Of a DNA stretch of 64,000 bases, positions 62,843 through 64,000 are shown one piece after another. Position 1 is the first letter of the stretch, and each line of letters begins with the position of its first letter. Origin of the DNA: an uncultured Gammaproteobacteria bacterium (GTDB taxonomy: Bacteria; Pseudomonadota; Gammaproteobacteria; Steroidobacterales; BM003); contig CAWAOM010000006.1 in NCBI GenBank assembly GCA_963783695.1, forward strand, positions 455,641-519,640. The letters are read 5' to 3'. The notes beneath the pieces were generated by a model. The model was not told the origin of the DNA. It saw nothing but the letters and a program-made list of their open reading frames with translations, and made no database searches. Made by a program: the position numbers and the translations under genes.

Positions 62843-64000
62843 ATGAGATTCCGGCAATTAGCCAGCCTGCTCGTACTCGTGTCCGCGCTTGCACATGGCG
62901 AGAGTCTCGCCGTCGAGCCGCCTCCCGTCGCGGATTTCGTTCGCGCCGCGGAATTCGACACGGCGCGGCTCTCTCCTGACGGACGCTACCTGGCAGTAAC
63001 GATCAACAACAACGGCATCGCGTCACTGCTGGTTCTGGAAGCCGGTAGCGACCGCGCCACGGCCAATATCAGGTTTGACCTGTTCGAGGGTATTGCCTGG
63101 TTCACCTGGGTCAATGAAGAGCGCCTTTTGATCAGACTGCAGGCGACTTTCGGTCAGCTTGACCGGCCGCTTCCTACCGGTGAATTGTGGGCGGTCAATG
63201 CAGACGGAAGCGGCTACAAACAGGTCTTTGGTTTTCATACCAAATATCGCGCCAGGAGGGGTACAGCGGCAAACACGCGATCGTATGCGCAACTCTGTTC
63301 GCGGCTATCGGAGGATCGCCGCCATGTGATCGTTGCCGCACACCCGGTCGAGGGCGGCGTACCCGTCGTTTACCGCGTCAATGTCTACTCCGGAAAACGC
63401 CAGGAATTGGCGCGCGGACCCGTCGAGTCTTCTTTTGGCGAGGCGTTGACCTCGGCCATCGTGTGTGACTCGGAAGGGATCGCCAGGGTCGCAACAGGCC
63501 TGACTCGCGACGGCAAGGAACAACTGCACTACCGATCCGCCCCGAATACGCCCTGGGTTTTGCTCGCCGACCTCCCTCTAGCGCCCGACAGTACCGTGGA
63601 ACCGATCGCCATCGCTCCCGACGGCAAGCGTTTTTTTGCCTATGCGGCGGCGCAATCGGCCACCCGGGGTCTCTACCTGGTCGACCCTGACCAACAGCAG
63701 ATGGAGCTGATATACAGCCACCCGATTGCCGACATCGACCACGTTGTCTGGGCACCGGACCGCAGCGAGATTGTCGCTGTCGGGATGACCCCTGATATCG
63801 CGCAAATCGTGTTCCTCGACAGCACTCATCGCACTGCACGCCTGCACGAGGCCCTGGCCGAGGCGTTCCCGGGTGAGTCCGTCAACCTGGTCAACTGGAC
63901 CAAAGACGAAAGCCGGGTCCTGCTGTACGTCTACTCCGACCGTAACCCCGGGGCCTACTATCTTTTCGACACCAGCAGCAACGATGCCCAATTCCTGTTC
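62843..64000 (+). CDS. Secreted protein, probable S9-family (prolyl oligopeptidase/DPP-type) peptidase N-terminal beta-propeller; 3' end beyond the window
   Basis: Hand translation from the ATG at 62843 gives MRFRQLASLLVLVSALAHGESLAVEPPPVADFVRAAEFDTARLSPDGRYLAVT... The frame stays open for 386 codons to the window edge. It is not in the ORF track because it has no stop. The product call rests only on SPDGRY- and APDG-type propeller motifs. Confidence 0.6.
   Translation, partial: MRFRQLASLLVLVSALAHGESLAVEPPPVADFVRAAEFDTARLSPDGRYLAVTINNNGIASLLVLEAGSDRATANIRFDLFEGIAWFTWVNEERLLIRLQATFGQLDRPLPTGELWAVNADGSGYKQVFGFHTKYRARRGTAANTRSYAQLCSRLSEDRRHVIVAAHPVEGGVPVVYRVNVYSGKRQELARGPVESSFGEALTSAIVCDSEGIARVATGLTRDGKEQLHYRSAPNTPWVLLADLPLAPDSTVEPIAIAPDGKRFFAYAAAQSATRGLYLVDPDQQQMELIYSHPIADIDHVVWAPDRSEIVAVGMTPDIAQIVFLDSTHRTARLHEALAEAFPGESVNLVNWTKDESRVLLYVYSDRNPGAYYLFDTSSNDAQFLF

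Overview
GC-rich proteobacterial chromosome window, most likely gammaproteobacterial judging from gene order and the EF-Tu, RpoB, RpoC and AlkB sequences. No searches or computations were run. Product calls rest on recognising conserved families in the supplied translations, and hand-counted RNA and hairpin coordinates may be off by 1-2 nt.

Positions 1-24.7 kb are one uninterrupted minus-strand block of the translation/transcription 'superoperon'. In transcription order it reads tRNA-Tyr/Gly/Thr, tuf, tRNA-Trp, secE, nusG, rplKAJL, rpoBC, rpsLG, fusA, tuf, rpsJ, rplCDWB, rpsS, rplV, rpsC, rplP, rpmC, rpsQ, rplNX and a partial rplE. The two tuf copies are nucleotide-identical, offset by 16,703 bp.

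Positions 24.7-64 kb mix housekeeping and accessory genes:
- a stand-alone PilZ protein, a small OM barrel, and a PLP decarboxylase divergent from a Kelch/EamA pair;
- a plsY-birA-coaX-SPOR operon followed by tRNA-Thr(UGU);
- an AraC regulator and the alkane hydroxylase gene alkB;
- a terminator-bounded operon of monoheme cytochrome c, coiled-coil outer-membrane barrel and octaheme cytochrome;
- a strictosidine-synthase-like propeller and an 1868-aa tandem-fused double UvrA;
- an M61 peptidase with two amidinotransferase-fold enzymes, and a qor / 2OG-oxygenase pair;
- two DUF4397-type lipoproteins, two sulfotransferase-type genes, a GT4 glycosyltransferase and a partial S9-type peptidase.

No CRISPR array, integrase, transposase or rRNA was seen.

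The best candidate for an uncharacterised system is the three-gene cytochrome/barrel operon at 36.2-40.2 kb. It could be a porin-cytochrome electron conduit or an OTR-type reductase module. The double UvrA, and a promoter-plus-hairpin element in an unusually long rpsJ-rplC spacer, come next.
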